NCBI RefSeq assembly: GCF_006345805.1
Contig: NC_043005.1
Span: forward strand, 85,312,001-85,376,000
Length of the DNA stretch: 64,000 bases
Direction of reading: 5' to 3'
Source of the DNA: Octopus sinensis
Taxonomy: Eukaryota
Shown here: positions 40,375 through 54,800 of the stretch, one piece after another
Layout: every line of letters begins with the position of its first letter
How positions within the stretch are numbered: the first letter of the stretch is position 1
The notes under the pieces: generated by a model
Told to the model about the DNA's origin: nothing
What the model saw: the letters and a program-made list of their open reading frames with translations, nothing else
Database searches by the model: none
Translations under genes and position numbers: made by a program

Positions 40375-40380
<6 letters not shown>
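39841..40380. repeat. Inverted repeat (~212-bp arms, ~115-bp spacer); each arm carries a type I hammerhead-like motif
   Basis: 39841-40053 is the reverse complement of 40169-40380; motifs at 39966-40026 (-) and 40195-40255 (+). Confidence 0.85.
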
Positions 40381-40451
<71 letters not shown>

Positions 40452-40766
40452 GCGAGAAAAATCCCCTAGCTACGCACTGGAACTTTTATACATTCTACAG
40501 AGTGCTGAAGGTTACTATCTTCATACACCTTGATCTTAGATCTTACCATTACATGTATAAATATGGCACGAAATTGCACTTGACCCTGTGGCCGATAACT
40601 GACGAGGAGTTGGTGACCTTCTGTGTTTGTTCACCGTTCATCTGCGCCTTTAGTATATGTTATTCGACTTGACCCTCTGTGTCCCTTTCCTCTTTGTTTG
40701 TTTATTACTTTACGTATTTGACTTCTGAAAATATATATTTATATATTAATATATAGATATATGTAC

Positions 40767-40828
<62 letters not shown>

Positions 40829-40888
40829 ACGTGTATGCAAGTGGAGAAAAAGAGAGAGAGGGAGACAAAGAGATAGTTATGGATATTC

Positions 40889-40925
<37 letters not shown>

Positions 40926-41112
40926 ATATATATATATATATATATCTACACATATATACATGCAGAGCTATGTAAATGTGTAGTACGTCTTCACGTTACA
41001 TATAGATATAAACACACAGAGAAAGGGAAAAAACGAAATGTGTGTATGCATATATATAAATATACACAAATATAAGTATCCCTCCCACCCTCACTCTCTC
41101 TCTTTCATATAT

Positions 41113-41168
<56 letters not shown>

Positions 41169-41313
41169 ATATATATATACAAATGTATATGTGAATATAT
41201 ATATATGCATGCATACACACACCTATATATATAACATATAATGAAATGGTGATAGAATTTTGGATTATTATTTATTTAATATTTACATCTAATTTCATAA
41301 ACTTATGTATATA

Positions 41314-41344
<31 letters not shown>

Positions 41345-41849
41345 CATACGAACATATGTATGTATGTATGTGTTGATGTATTTGTGATATATGACACAAT
41401 CTGTTGGGATTTGCATTCAGTGTACCTTGAAAGAATGTTTGTTTAATGAGAACAATCAGTTTAAAGTATTAAGTACAACTTTGACCCCTGCACTCTGTGC
41501 CATACCCTAGAGTAAGTAATTAAGAATGTTAATTTCGATTGTTAACGTTATTTCTGACATTTCAAAACTCATTAACACCCGAGATTGGAAAACGCGTTGG
41601 CAAACACACTTGAAGCACCACAATACCAATAACACCAATGGTAAACCCCTCTCGTCCCCCCCACCCTCTGATGGTATCGTTACTTGCAGCGGAACCAATA
41701 GCAGCTCTGACATAATCAACACTCAGCTTCTTACATCCCGCCTTTCTCTTCTCTCCCCTCCGCATCACACATCAAGCACCGCCAACAGATAATCACCATC
41801 GATGGACATTGATATCGACACATAATCAAAGATCATCGCTACCGTCACA

Positions 41850-42215
41850 GAGTGACCACCACTACAACGATGACCAACACTACCATGATGACGATGACGA
41901 TGGCCACCACCACCACCACCATCATTGCTACTACCATCAAATCGACGACGACCACCACCACCATCATTGCTACCACCATCATCAATACAACGACGACGAC
42001 CATGATCACCTCCACCATCAATACGACGACGACGTCGACCACCACCACCACCACCACCACCACCAATACGACGACGATGATGACGATCACCTCCACCACC
42101 ACCATTGCTACCACCATCAATACGATGACGATCACGGCGATGATGACGACGACGACGACCACCACCACTACTACCACCACCACTACTACTACTACAACCA
42201 CCACCACCACTGACA
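41850..42215. repeat. (CAC/GAC/CAT)n compound repeat
   Basis: Direct inspection. Confidence 0.9.
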
Positions 42216-43016
42216 GCAGCGGGAAGAGGCAGCATCGTGAACACTACTGATGCTGCTACAATTCTAGACTTCAATTAAGATGCAATACAACAACAACAAC
42301 AACAACAACAACCTAATTAGTTATGTTGATTTTATAGCAGACTTATAGAATTTCTAGTGTTTCACAAATTCCCAGCAATTATGTAATGCCAGAATCTTTG
42401 CAGAACTCCATATATTTGTGTATGTCTGTCCCTGTTTGTCTGTGAGTATATGGCGTTTGTGTGTGTGTGTGTGTGTTTGTATAGTTAGGTGTATGTATAT
42501 GCGACTTATATATATTGGTGAGTGTGTGCGGATTGTGTTTATATGCATGTGTATGTATGTATGTATGGACGTCTGGTCTATCTTGCTTGCTCTTCTGCTT
42601 GGCTGATTGTCAGTGTGCAATGATAAACAGTAAAACAAATTATTAAAATATATCATACGTATAAAATATAGACATAGGTGTAGCTGTGTGGTAAGCAGTT
42701 TGTTTCCCAACACCATGCTTCTAGGTTCAGTACCACTGCCTGGCACCCTGGGCAAGTGTCTTCTACTACAGCCTTGGGATAACCGAAGCCTTGTGAGTGA
42801 ATTTGATAGATGGAAACTAAAAGAGGCGTGTTGTATATTTATATATATTTATAGGCACAGGTGTGACTGTATGGGAAGAAGCTTGCTTACCAACCACATG
42901 GTTCTGGGTTCAATCCTACTGTGTGGCACCTTGGGCAAGTGTTTTCTATGATACACTCAAGTCAACCAAAGCCTCATTAGTGGATTTGGTAGATGGAAAC
43001 TGAAAGAAGCCTGTCG

Positions 43017-43052
<36 letters not shown>

Positions 43053-43351
43053 TATATATATAGCCTGGTGCAGCCTCCTGGCTTGCCAGTCCTCAGTCAA
43101 ACCGTTCAATCCATGCCAGCATGGAACACAGATGTTAAACAATGATGATGATGTATATGTATGAGGTTGTCTCACATGAAATGCCGTATTTTAAATGGGT
43201 TTCTTATGCATCATCTATAAATGGATTTTTAATGAGTTTTTCTGTATATGCTTGTGTTTACTCATAAGTCTTTTTTCTTTCTAGACAATACTATCACTCA
43301 AAATTGCTACCCACAGCTGTTATGACAATATTGACTGCTGAACAACACTGA

Positions 43352-43930
43352 GTGATTTTCTTGTACGAATACAAGTTGGGTCACTCTGTCACCAAAGCTC
43401 TATGAAACACCACATGGAATTTTGGTAACGATTCTGTTGACATTTGAACTGTTCAGAAATGATTCCAAAGATTTTGTTCAGGAACTGAAAGCCTTAAAAA
43501 TGAACCAAGAAGGAAACCAAAACCAGTTATTCGGTATGGTGAATTGAATGCTTTGGTTAAATGAATTCTGTGAGCAATGGTCTGAAAAATCGGATCAGAC
43601 ATCTCCCACAACTGCTTCTTGACACTTGGAGAAAATTGGAAAAGTTAAAAAGATGGATAGGTTTGCTCCCCACCAACTCAATGAGATTTAAAGAAACAGA
43701 CACCTTACAGTGTGTTCCATGTTGATTTCTCGGTTGCAAAGAGAACCATTTTTGTATCGACTCATTACATGTTATGAGAAGCAGATACTGATTGATAACA
43801 GAAAGATGACAGGACAGTGTTTATATGCAGGAGAGTCACCAAAACACTACCCAAAACCACCATTGCACCCTAAAAAGTTGATGGTCACTGTATAGTGGTC
43901 AACAAAGGGGGTTATTCATTATTCATTTTT
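43352..43930 (+). pseudogene. Mariner (Mos1/Hsmar-like) transposase remnant
   Basis: FLYEYKLGHS..., TVQK*FQRFCSG, GKVKKMDRFAPHQL (WVPHEL-like), RLITCYEKQILIDN (IVTGDEKW-like) and LHPKKLMVTV*WS..GVIHY. Confidence 0.85.
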
Positions 43931-44212
43931 GCATGGCCCTAACCACTGGGCCATTGTGCCTCCACCTATACATACATACATACGTACAAGGCAACAACAT
44001 GTCCTCTCTCATTCATTCACCTAGCAGCTAATAATCTCGAGCACAGCTAAGTTTGAATGCTTATATTATTTTATTTTTATTTATTTATTTTCACTTCACT
44101 TCTCGACCAATCATACATGTTTTCCTATCTGTTGTTATTTATCTATCTAACTATTGTATCTAATTTCTCCTCTATTAACTCTGCCCGACCAAGTCTCGCT
44201 CTATCATCTTTT

Positions 44213-44764
44213 TTCAACCTTCGCGTATACGCGGTGCACCCACCCTGCCCACCCGCACCACCCTGCCCACCCGCACCACCATGCCCACCCGCACCACCAA
44301 TACCGGATATCTCTATATTTTTGCTCCATCTATACCGGATGTTGTTTCTCCCACCACCATTATAGGTGTCTACTCTTCGAACCCCCCCTCCTCAATACGC
44401 TATTTCACCATGCATTACCCTCTTGATATCCTACGTTCTACTTGCCTAAGAAGCTGTCATCATTCTCTGAACCACCCCTCCCCACTGGTGCTCCCCTATA
44501 TTTCTGCCCCCCCCCACATAAAAAAAAGCACCATTCGAACGTGGCCGATGCCAGACCCCTCTGGCACCTGTGCAGGTGGCACGTAAAAAACACCCACTAC
44601 ACTCGCGGAGTGGTTGGCGTTAGGAAGGGCATCCAGCTGTAGAAACACTGCCAGACTAGACTGGAGCCTGGGGCAGTCCCTAGCTCCCCAGATCCCGGTC
44701 GAAACCGTCCAACCCGTGCTAGCGCGGAAAACGGACGTTAAACGATGATGATGATGATGATGAT
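44213..44764 (+). mobile_element. Composite element: unique 5' segment plus family C RTE 3' end; sister copy at 52718-53247 (-)
   Basis: Near-identical in reverse complement, with a shared 5' boundary ttcaaccttcgc. Confidence 0.8.
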
Positions 44765-45580
44765 ATATATATATAATATATATATATACATATATGTACA
44801 TATATACACACACACAAACCACAAACGCATGCACACACACAAACACACACATATACACAAACAAACACACACATACACACACACATACAAACACACATAC
44901 ATACACACATACACACACACCATTATATATTTATCATGGGATCGACTAGAATGTTGGATATTGTTATACATCACTGGTCACAATGCCCTTCACATTGTTT
45001 TAGCTTTTGAATGCTGCCACCCTACTGGCAGGGCGAGCAGGCCAACATTCCATCACAGGGTGTACCCATTTACAGCTGAGTGAACTGGAACAATATGAAA
45101 AGAAGTGTTTTGCTCAAGAACACAATGTGCCACCCTGTCTAGCAATTGAACCCATGATTTAGTGACTGTGAGTACGATACACTGACCGCTAGGCCACATG
45201 TCTTCACATACACACACACAGACATCCACATACAGACATCATCATCTTCATCCTGTGTTTTAAGTCTGGGTTTTGTCCCCATTAACAGGGGTGGCTTGAT
45301 CTACCTCAATGCCATAGCAACCTAGGTAGGCAGGTGCAGCCCACCCCAACCTTTGGGCTGGTTGGCTGGTGCTCATTCTCTTTTGTTATGAGCCTTTTTT
45401 GGAGCTGGATTTTCTACAAGGAGCAGGCCCTTGCTTACCCCCAACCTCAGTTTCTAGACATGAGTGGTCCTGAGACCAAGGCCTCTACCACAAATTTTAA
45501 GAAATGTAGTGAGAAAATAGCTCAGGAAGGCAGGGACCCTACTCCCTGAGACCCTTTTCAGAGACCCCCTACATATGTAC

Positions 45581-45986
45581 TTTTATTCTTTTATTCTTTT
45601 ACTTGTTTCAGTCACGTGACGGTGGCCATGCTGGAGTTTTGAAGAAATCAACCCCAGAACTTAATCTTTGTAAGCCTAGTACTTATTCTATTGGTGTCTT
45701 TTGCCAATCTGCTAGGTTAAGGGGGCGGGACAAAAGCACACTAACATCAATTGTCAAGAGATGGCAGGGGGACAAACACAGACATACATATAAATACCAA
45801 ACATACATATATATACATATATACGGTGGGCTTCTTTCAGTTTTCATCTTCCGGATCCACTCACACGGTTTTAGTGAGCTGAAGGGTATAGTAGAAGACA
45901 CTTGCTCAAGGTGCCATGCAGTGGGACTGAACCTGGAATCATGTGGTTGGGAATCAAGTTTCTTACCACACAGCCACGCCTGCACC
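45581..45986 (-). mobile_element. SINE family A, full length
   Basis: Family homology. Confidence 0.8.
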
Positions 45987-46776
45987 TATATGCACATATA
46001 TAAACACATATACATATATACATGTGTATATATATATATATATGTATACATACATATATATATATATATACATACATATACGTATACATAACACACCCAC
46101 ACCCACACTCCCATCCATGTGTATATACATACTCATACACATTGTAGTGCAAGCACTTAATTGATTCTGGTGGTTAATCCGAAGCGCCAGCTAATTCCGT
46201 GTGACTTAATGGGGTATAGAGTGTCGAAAGAGCGTTTCAGCTTGTATCGTTTCCATTTCATGAATGAGAGCCAAGCGTGTGATATCTTGATACCTAGGTA
46301 GCTAAAAATAAAAACAATAACAAACACAAACACAAACACAAACACACAAGCAAAACAAAAGGATAAATGGATACTTGAAAGAATAGACAAATGGATGAAA
46401 AATAGATGGATAAAGGGTGAGAGAGGTGGGGGGGAGAGAGAGGGGGGGAGAGGGAGTTGGAGAGAGGGATATAGGGGAGAGAGAGGGGGAGAGAGGGAGT
46501 GAAAGTGCGTAAGGATGAGACAAAGTGAAAGTGAGGGAGAGGAAAAAAGACACAGAGAACGAAATAGAAAGAAATGTGATGTGATGTGATGTGTGTGAGT
46601 GTGTGTGTGTGTGTGTCTGTGAAAGAGAGAGAGAGAGAGAGTGAGAAAGAGAGAGAGAGAGAGAGTTAAAGCGTGTAAGAGGGGAAAGAGAAAGAGAGAA
46701 ATTAGTACTATCCTTATTCAAATATATATGTAATGCAGTCGTGTGATAATTTTGGCCAACCTTAATAATTATGATA

Positions 46777-46818
<42 letters not shown>

Positions 46819-46831
46819 CAACAACAACAAC

Positions 46832-46865
<34 letters not shown>

Positions 46866-47176
46866 ATAGTGGTATTAACTTGTATTATTTCATCTGGGGA
46901 TTATTGCTCTGGAAATATCCTGATCAGTGCAAATCAGGGCCATGAATTACAGGTAAGACAACAAGAGAGCACCGGCAGTCCTTCATTTCAAGAGTGTTCT
47001 CTCTTTCAGATCACTAGCGTGGCTTGCTGTTAGTTGCTAATCGACATTAGAGAGGAGAGACTCCTCCTATTAAACACAGAGAGGGGTATTCAATTACACA
47101 CACACACAAACACACGTATATGCATACATGAAGGAGATGTATGTATGAGCTACATATTATAAGATATGTATAGATG

Positions 47177-47211
<35 letters not shown>

Positions 47212-47359
47212 TTTATTTAAACTCAGAGTAACAGGTTTTGTTGAATTTTCTGCTGCTTTAAATAAAGCATATTACTCTACCACTGGTATTTGAGTACTCT
47301 TTTTTCCACCTTGTTTCACATTTATGTGTTTACTCCGGTATATATATATATATATATGT

Positions 47360-47710
47360 ATCATCATAATCATCATCATTGTTTAATGTTGGCTTTCCAT
47401 GCTAGTATGGGTTGGATGATTTGACTGAGGTCTGGCGAACCAGATGGCTGCACCAGGCTTCAATCTTGATCTAACAGAGTTTCTACAGCTGGATGCCCTT
47501 CCTAACGCCAACCACTCCGAGAGTGTAGTGGGTGCTTTTACTTGCGACCAGCACAGGGGCCAGTCAGGCAGTACTGGCAACGACCTCACTTAAATGTTTT
47601 TACACGTGCCACCGGCAAAAGTACCGGTAAAGCGGCGCTGGTAACGCTCACACTCGAATGGTGCCATTTATGTGACACTGGCACGGAAGCCAGTTAGCCG
47701 CTCTGTCAAT
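47360..47710 (-). mobile_element. Family C RTE 3' end
   Basis: Family homology; (CAT)n tail. Confidence 0.8.
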
Positions 47711-47720
47711 GATATCTATA

Positions 47721-47770
<50 letters not shown>

Positions 47771-47804
47771 CATGTATGAACGTATGTGTATAAATGCATA
47801 TGTA

Positions 47805-48224
47805 TTCCTTTATTCTTTTATTTGTTTCAGTCATTTGACTGCGGCCATGTTGGAGCACCACCTTTAGTTGACCAAATCAACCCCAGGACTTATTCTTTGC
47901 AAGTCTAGTATTTATTCTATCGGCCTCTTTTTCTAGAACTGCTAGTTACAAGGACATAAACAGACCAGCAGCACATGTCAAGTGATACTGGTGTGTGTGT
48001 GTGTGTGGGGGGGGGTCAAACATAGACACACAAACACACACACACATACATATACATATATATGACAGGCTTCTTTCAGTTTCTGTCTACCAAATCCACT
48101 CACAAGGCTTTGGTCAGCCCGAGGCTATAATAGAAGACACTTGCCCAAGGTGCCATGCAGTGGGATTGAACCTGGAACCATGTGGTGGGTAAGCAAGCTA
48201 CTTATCACACAGTCACTTATGCAC
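47805..48224 (-). mobile_element. SINE family A, full length
   Basis: Family homology. Confidence 0.8.
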
Positions 48225-48328
48225 TTATATATATATATATATATATATATCTATATCTATATATATATATACACACATACATATATGTATACATGCATAT
48301 ATATATACATATATATATATATATACAC

Positions 48329-48359
<31 letters not shown>

Positions 48360-49022
48360 AAATTACAAGTACATAAATATATATATCTATGCACATACGA
48401 GTAAATATGTATGCATCCATAGCAGACATATTTACACACACACACACATATATATATTTACATATGTACATATATATATATATATATACATGCATACACA
48501 TACAGACATATTTACATACATACATTATATACAGCTGTTTATATACATATATCTATATATATATAAATACAATATCACGCATAGTTACATTCATTTACAT
48601 ACACACCTACATACATGCTTTCATACATACACACATACATTAACATGCATATACCCATATCCATGTGCATCACTAGAGAGGATAACATGACATAGGAAAC
48701 ACAGTCTATAAATAAAGAAGATTTCAGCTTGTAACTATTGTAAGTGGTTTATAGATAGCACAAACAATCGTGTGATTGTGTTAATGTTCATGTAAGCAAG
48801 AGGCATGAGGCATGTAGTCGCTTATGGCTCTACAGCTCATTGGGTAATCCCTTGTATAGATTTGTGATAATCTGTGTTGCATAATGAGAAGGATTATGGG
48901 AAATTGATACACTGGAATGTTACAGAAGCTAAAATCCACGGATATTGTGTTGAGGGTTGAAGGTTTGTGAGAAGCTGTGATTTACAGGCAAAAGTGGGTA
49001 TTTGATATGGTGTTAGTCTATT

Positions 49023-49305
49023 GGTACATGGCTTAGTGGTCAGAGCATTCAGCTCATGATTGTAAGGTCATAAGTTCGATTCCTGGTAGAAGGTTGTGTC
49101 CTTGAGCATTGCTCCAGTCCACTTAATGACAAAAATGAGCTATACCTGTAATTACAAAGGGGCCAGCCTTGTCACATTCTGTACCACACTGAATATCCTT
49201 GAGTACTACATTAAAAGTATGCTTCTCTGTGGAATACTCATCCCCTTGCATGTTGATTTCATGAGCAGACTGTTCCATCAATCAGAACGACTGGAGTTCC
49301 AGTTT
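49023..49305 (+). mobile_element. SINE family G-type copy; related copies at ~50050-50366 (-), ~61745-62018 (-), ~44945-45205 (-) and ~32281-32470 (+)
   Basis: catggcttagtgg A box and agttcgattcc B box; gggccagccttgtcacattctg body shared with 50050 and 61745. Confidence 0.7.
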
Positions 49306-50859
49306 TGGTTTATTGCACATTATTTACAATATTTACATTATTTACATTATTTATATTTGACGGATATTTGTCCTCATCATGTGCCTGTGATTTACAGGCA
49401 CATGAGCGCACACACATACACACACATATATACACACATATACACACACATATTTACACATGCACACGCACATGTGTGTGTCTGTGTGTGCGTAGTTCAT
49501 CTGAGATCAGTAGTCTTCCGTGGAACTTTGAACATTTCTCTTGCGTCTCTGCGGTCCTTCAAAATCTTTCTCATTTGCCTGCTGGGCCTTTCTCTTCCTG
49601 TGTGTCTGTTGACCACCGTATTTATAATAATCATGGCAGCTAGAAGGACAGACATACTGCAGCAGAGTTTGTACCTAAACAGGTCAGTTCCTGTCCATTT
49701 GAAATTCACCTGACATGGCTGAGGTCGTAGGTCAAAGGGAGATGATCAATCACTTTTTGACAGGACAAAGAAAACCTTTTTTTCGCGCCTGTTGATTGTG
49801 GTGGTTTGGACAACCTGAATTCTTAGATTCAGTTTCGAATCTAGGCTTGGAGAAGTAAGTGTTAATTTTTTACAAATGTCATCCATTCAAGGGAGAAGAC
49901 AGAGATATTTACTGTTCACATTAGGGGTTTCACTGTTGGAAGGAAATATAAAACAGGATGGAGGAACACACCAGCGCTAACGAGAGATGGGAAAATGGAG
50001 GTCTGCTTGCAGAATAATACCAGATGACAATACAACAATAACACCACGGACGGTCAGTTATAACGATGGGTGCTCCAGTTGATCCAATCAATGGAACAAC
50101 CTGCTCATTGAATTAACATGCAAGTGGCTGAGCACTCCACAGACATGCATGTCTTTAATATAGTTCTCAGGGAGATTCAGCAAGACACAGAATGGGACAA
50201 GGCCAGCCCTTTGTAATTACTGGTACAACTCATTTTTGCCAGCTGAGTGGAATGGAGTAATGTGAAATAAAGTGTCTCGCTCAAGGACACAACAAGGCAC
50301 TGAGAATCGAACTCATGACCTCACAAACATGAGTTGAATATCCAAATAATAAACCACGAACCTTCACTGATGATAACAATAGTGATCGTTAGAATGGCAA
50401 TGATGACAACACCAACAGCAATGTTGAATGATTATAATGACAACGATAACGATGACTGCAGCAATGATGGTGATGGTAATGATTATGATGATGACAATGT
50501 TGATGATGATGAGGAGGAAGAAGATAATGATGGAGCCACTTGCAATGCCAGCTCCATTTCAAGTGTTGCTTACTTTCCAAGCTAAGTGCATTAATATTCA
50601 TCTGTTTACTTGGTACACATTGTCTAATGGAAGTTTTCTTTCTCATCAGTTCATAATTACTCCAGAAGTTTTGTTTTATTTCTCTTCACCAATGCATCAA
50701 CGAACTTATGATGCATAGATGGACCTGTCTGCCTACCTGTCTCTTTTCTGTCTGTCTGTCTATTTCACTTCCTATCTATCAATGTTTCCCTCAAACTCTC
50801 CATGGATCTCTTATTTATCTATTTATCTATCTACCTTCCTAACTCTTTATCCCTCTACC

Positions 50860-51293
50860 CATCTCTCTCTCTCTACCCATCTCTCTCTGTCTCTCTCTCT
50901 ACCCATCTCTGTCTCTATCTCTCTACCCAGCCCTCTCTCTCTCTCTACCCATCTCTCTCAGTCTCTCTCTCTACCCATCTCTCTCTATCTCTCTCTCCCC
51001 ATCTCTTTCTCTCTCTCTCTACCCATCTCTCTCTGTCTGTCTCTCTCTCTCCCCATCTCTCTCTGTCTCTCTCTCTCTCCATCTCTCTCTGTCTCTCTCT
51101 CTCCCCATCTCTCTCTGTCTCTCTCTCTCTCCCCATCTCTCTCTGTCTCTCTCTCTCCCCATCTCTCTCTGTCTCTCTCTCTCTCCCCATCTCTCTCTGT
51201 CTCTCTCTCTTTCCTCATCTCTCTCTGTCTCTCTCTCTACCCATCTCTCTCTGTCTCTCTCTCCCCATCTTTCTCTCTGTCTCTCTCTCCCCA

Positions 51294-51320
<27 letters not shown>
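50860..51320. repeat. CT-rich minisatellite (cccatctctctctgtctctctct units)
   Basis: Direct inspection. Confidence 0.9.
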
Positions 51321-51325
<5 letters not shown>

Positions 51326-51708
51326 ACCCTGTCTGCGACCATTCATATACATATATACATATATCCACATATTCACATATCTATTTAGCTACTGATGCTG
51401 ATATGTAGACACAATTTAATGCGTTTAACACTTGATGAGTCTCGCCAAATCAGTTCAGAAACGGACAGGCCATCAAGCTTATGGTTTGTTGGATGCTGAC
51501 AAAAGCAAAACTGAGCTTGCAGCATCATCATCATCATTTGTCTTTTGGGGAAGACGGCCAGACGGTGGGTCAAGTTGCCAGGTCACCTCATTAGATGTCT
51601 GCAACAGAGACTAAGAATCTAAAGGGCAAAATCTGGGAGCAGTGAAACGGAATGTTGAGCTCTGGGAATATGTTTTTAGAGGCACAATGTCACAAGTCAC
51701 AAATGCTG

Positions 51709-51747
<39 letters not shown>

Positions 51748-52492
51748 TACACACACACGCACACATACATATATACATACACATACATGCACACATATAT
51801 ACACACATACATGCGCACATACATGCATACTTACATTCACACATACACACATACGCACATACACACATACGCACATACATACACTTATACATACACACAC
51901 ACATATACATACAAATATACATACATACATGTATCTACCTATATGTATGTATGTATATATATACATAAATCTAAACATATATAGATAGATACATATACAT
52001 ATATACATACACACACATATATATGCATATATACATTCATACATACACACATGCATATATATATGTATATACATAGTCATGTATGTACAGACATATGTAA
52101 GTATATATATACATATATGTACATACATATATTTGCACTGTTTCATTGTTGGTGTGACCAATAAAAAAATGTACTCTGTCTGGCGAGAGATAAATATCAT
52201 TTAATAGGCACAGTATTTAAATGTAAGCTACTATAACTTTCATACTCTGATAGAACACACCACAAGCTTGTCTGACTGTTGTACTATCAGAGCATGGAAC
52301 TCAATGTAGCTCACATTTAAATCTTGTGTTTGTTAAATGATATTTATCTCTTGCCAGATGGAGTGCATTTTTAGTCAATCACACGAATAATAAAACTGTG
52401 TGTAAGAATAATAAACTTGTGGTCTACAAAAGTATAGAGTAACCCATCAGATTAATGTAAAATTGTTTTTATTATAACTGAACGTAAAAACA

Positions 52493-52653
<161 letters not shown>

Positions 52654-52717
52654 GTAATCAATGAATCTATCTATCTATCCATCCAAATTATCCATCCATC
52701 CATATATATATATATAT

Positions 52718-53247
52718 ATCATCATCATCATCATCATCATCGTTTAACGTCCGTTTTCCGCGCTAGCACGGGTTGGACGGTTTCGACCGGGGTCTGGGGA
52801 GCTAGGGACTGCCCCAGGCTCCAGTCTAGTCTGGCAGTGTTTCTACAGCTGGATGCCCTTCCTAACGCCAACCACTCCGCGAGTGTAGTGGGTGTTTTTT
52901 ACGTGCCACCTGCACAGGTGCCAGAGGGGTCTGGCATCGGCCACGTTCGGATGGTGCTTTTTTTTTTTTTTTATGTGGGGGGGGCAGAAATATATAGGGG
53001 AGCACCAGTGGGGAGGGGTGGTTCAGAGAAATGATGACAGGTTCTAGGCAAGTAGAACGTAGGATATCAAGAGAGGGGTAATGCATGGTGAAATAGCGTA
53101 TTGAAGAGGGGGGTTCGAAGAGTAGACACCTATAATGGTGGTGGGAGAAGCGACATCCGGTATAGATGGAGCAAAAATATAGAGATATCCGGTATTGGTG
53201 GTGGGGGTGGGCAAGGGCGGGTGCACCGGGAATATGCGAAGGTTGAA
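52718..53247 (-). mobile_element. Composite RTE-tailed element, second copy
   Basis: Reverse complement of 44213-44764. Confidence 0.8.
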
Positions 53248-53480
53248 CTGACGGGCTGGCTTAAAAATGCTCTTAGCAATGGAAGGGGGGAATGGCAGAC
53301 AACGTGAGAGAGGGAGAGAGAGAGAGAGAGATAGATAGAGAAGAACAGTGGAACCCCGCGAAAATGGGCCGCCATTGAAAAAAACCCCTGTATGGAGAAA
53401 TAATATGCAATACGAGGCGAAGCTGAAAATAGTAATAATAATAATAATAAGCAAACTGTCGACCAGGGGATCAAAGGGAC

Positions 53481-53517
<37 letters not shown>

Positions 53518-53550
53518 ACATACATACATGCATACATACATACATACATG

Positions 53551-53592
<42 letters not shown>

Positions 53593-54577
53593 CATATATA
53601 TATAATCTATGGAAAAACAAGTCAAGGTAGAAAATGCTAAAATAATTTAATAAAAAACATTTCAGTACCAGTTTCAGTCATTGAGACTTTTTCAACTGTA
53701 AGTATGGAAAACAATTAAATTTTCGAAAAATTAAAAAAAAGTTTTTTAAAAGAATATTTGTATAGTGCTCAAATACAAAGGGCATTTTCTTTGTCTCTGC
53801 CTTTCTCTGTCTCTCTTGTTTACTCTTGTGGTTTCGAGGTTGCTGTGAATTCTTGGTAGGGAAGAAGAAGAAGAAGAAGAAGAAGAAGAAGGGGAGGAGG
53901 AGGAAGCCTATGTAGAAAGCCATGATTGTTTCGCGAAGAGGGAAATTCCGAAAAGATAAGTTAATATTTCTGTTTCTCTTATTTTTCTAATTATTATTAT
54001 TATTTTTTTTTATTCCTCATTTTTGTTCTTTATTTAATAATGAAAAATTATTTTGACGATTTCTAGTTGCATAATTTTGATTGTCATGTCTTTATATATG
54101 ATGTAAATAGCAAAATAGTTTTATATAATCTAGACCTGAAGATTGGCAGTATAGTAGGATTGATATGGTATTGGATTTTGAGACTTTTTATTTCAGAAAT
54201 ACCAATAGATATATTGTCATGAAACGCGCGTTGTCTAAATAATTTAATATATGATTCAGAATAGTAATTGTAGATATTAATTTTGATGAAATTTTATCTT
54301 ATATATCTCTATAATAGATAATGTTGTTCAATGTTGTTTGAGTTGCTTGAAGGCGGCTCTGTTTCTTAAACCTATTATATATATGTATATAATACAGCGA
54401 GAAATTCAATTTAGTACCACCAAATTGAATTTCTCTCCTCTGGGGACTTGGAAATAACTTCCCTAATATTAATAATTATAATAAATATGTATGTATATAT
54501 GTATGTATGCATTTATGTATGCATGTATTTATGTATGTATGTATGTATGTATGTATGTATGTATGTATGTGTATGTA

Positions 54578-54800
54578 TTTCTTTATTGCCCACAGGGGGT
54601 TAAACACAGAGGGGACAAAAAATGACAGGCAAAGGGATTAAGTCGATTACATTGATCCCAGTGCGTAACTAGTGCTTATTTAATCGACCCTGAAAGGATG
54701 AAAGGCAAAGTCAACCTTGGTGGAATGTGAACTCAGAACATAATGGCAGATGAAATACCGCTAAGCATTTTGCCCGACGCGCTAACAGTTCTGTCAGCTT
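54578..54800 (-). mobile_element. SINE family B within (TATG)n
   Basis: Family homology. Confidence 0.8.

Noticed and set aside
41526-41792. 88-aa Ser/Thr/Asn-rich ORF
   Set aside because: Low complexity, no motif and no clear splice sites
46157-46300. Possible minus-strand exon after a T-rich acceptor (LPRYQDITRLALIHEMETIQAETLFRHSIPH*)
   Set aside because: Short, with no recognisable family; the pyrimidine tract is a simple repeat
49497-49860. Non-repetitive segment open on both strands for ~70 codons, with a hydrophobic stretch and a gtaagt donor at ~49854
   Set aside because: No recognisable homology and no consistent acceptor/donor/frame combination; needs RNA-seq or BLASTX
53624-54480. 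AT-rich segment with a hammerhead-like remnant at 53661-53700 (-)
   Set aside because: The core is too decayed (UUGAAAA) and there is no clear protein motif; possibly an old PLE but unsupported
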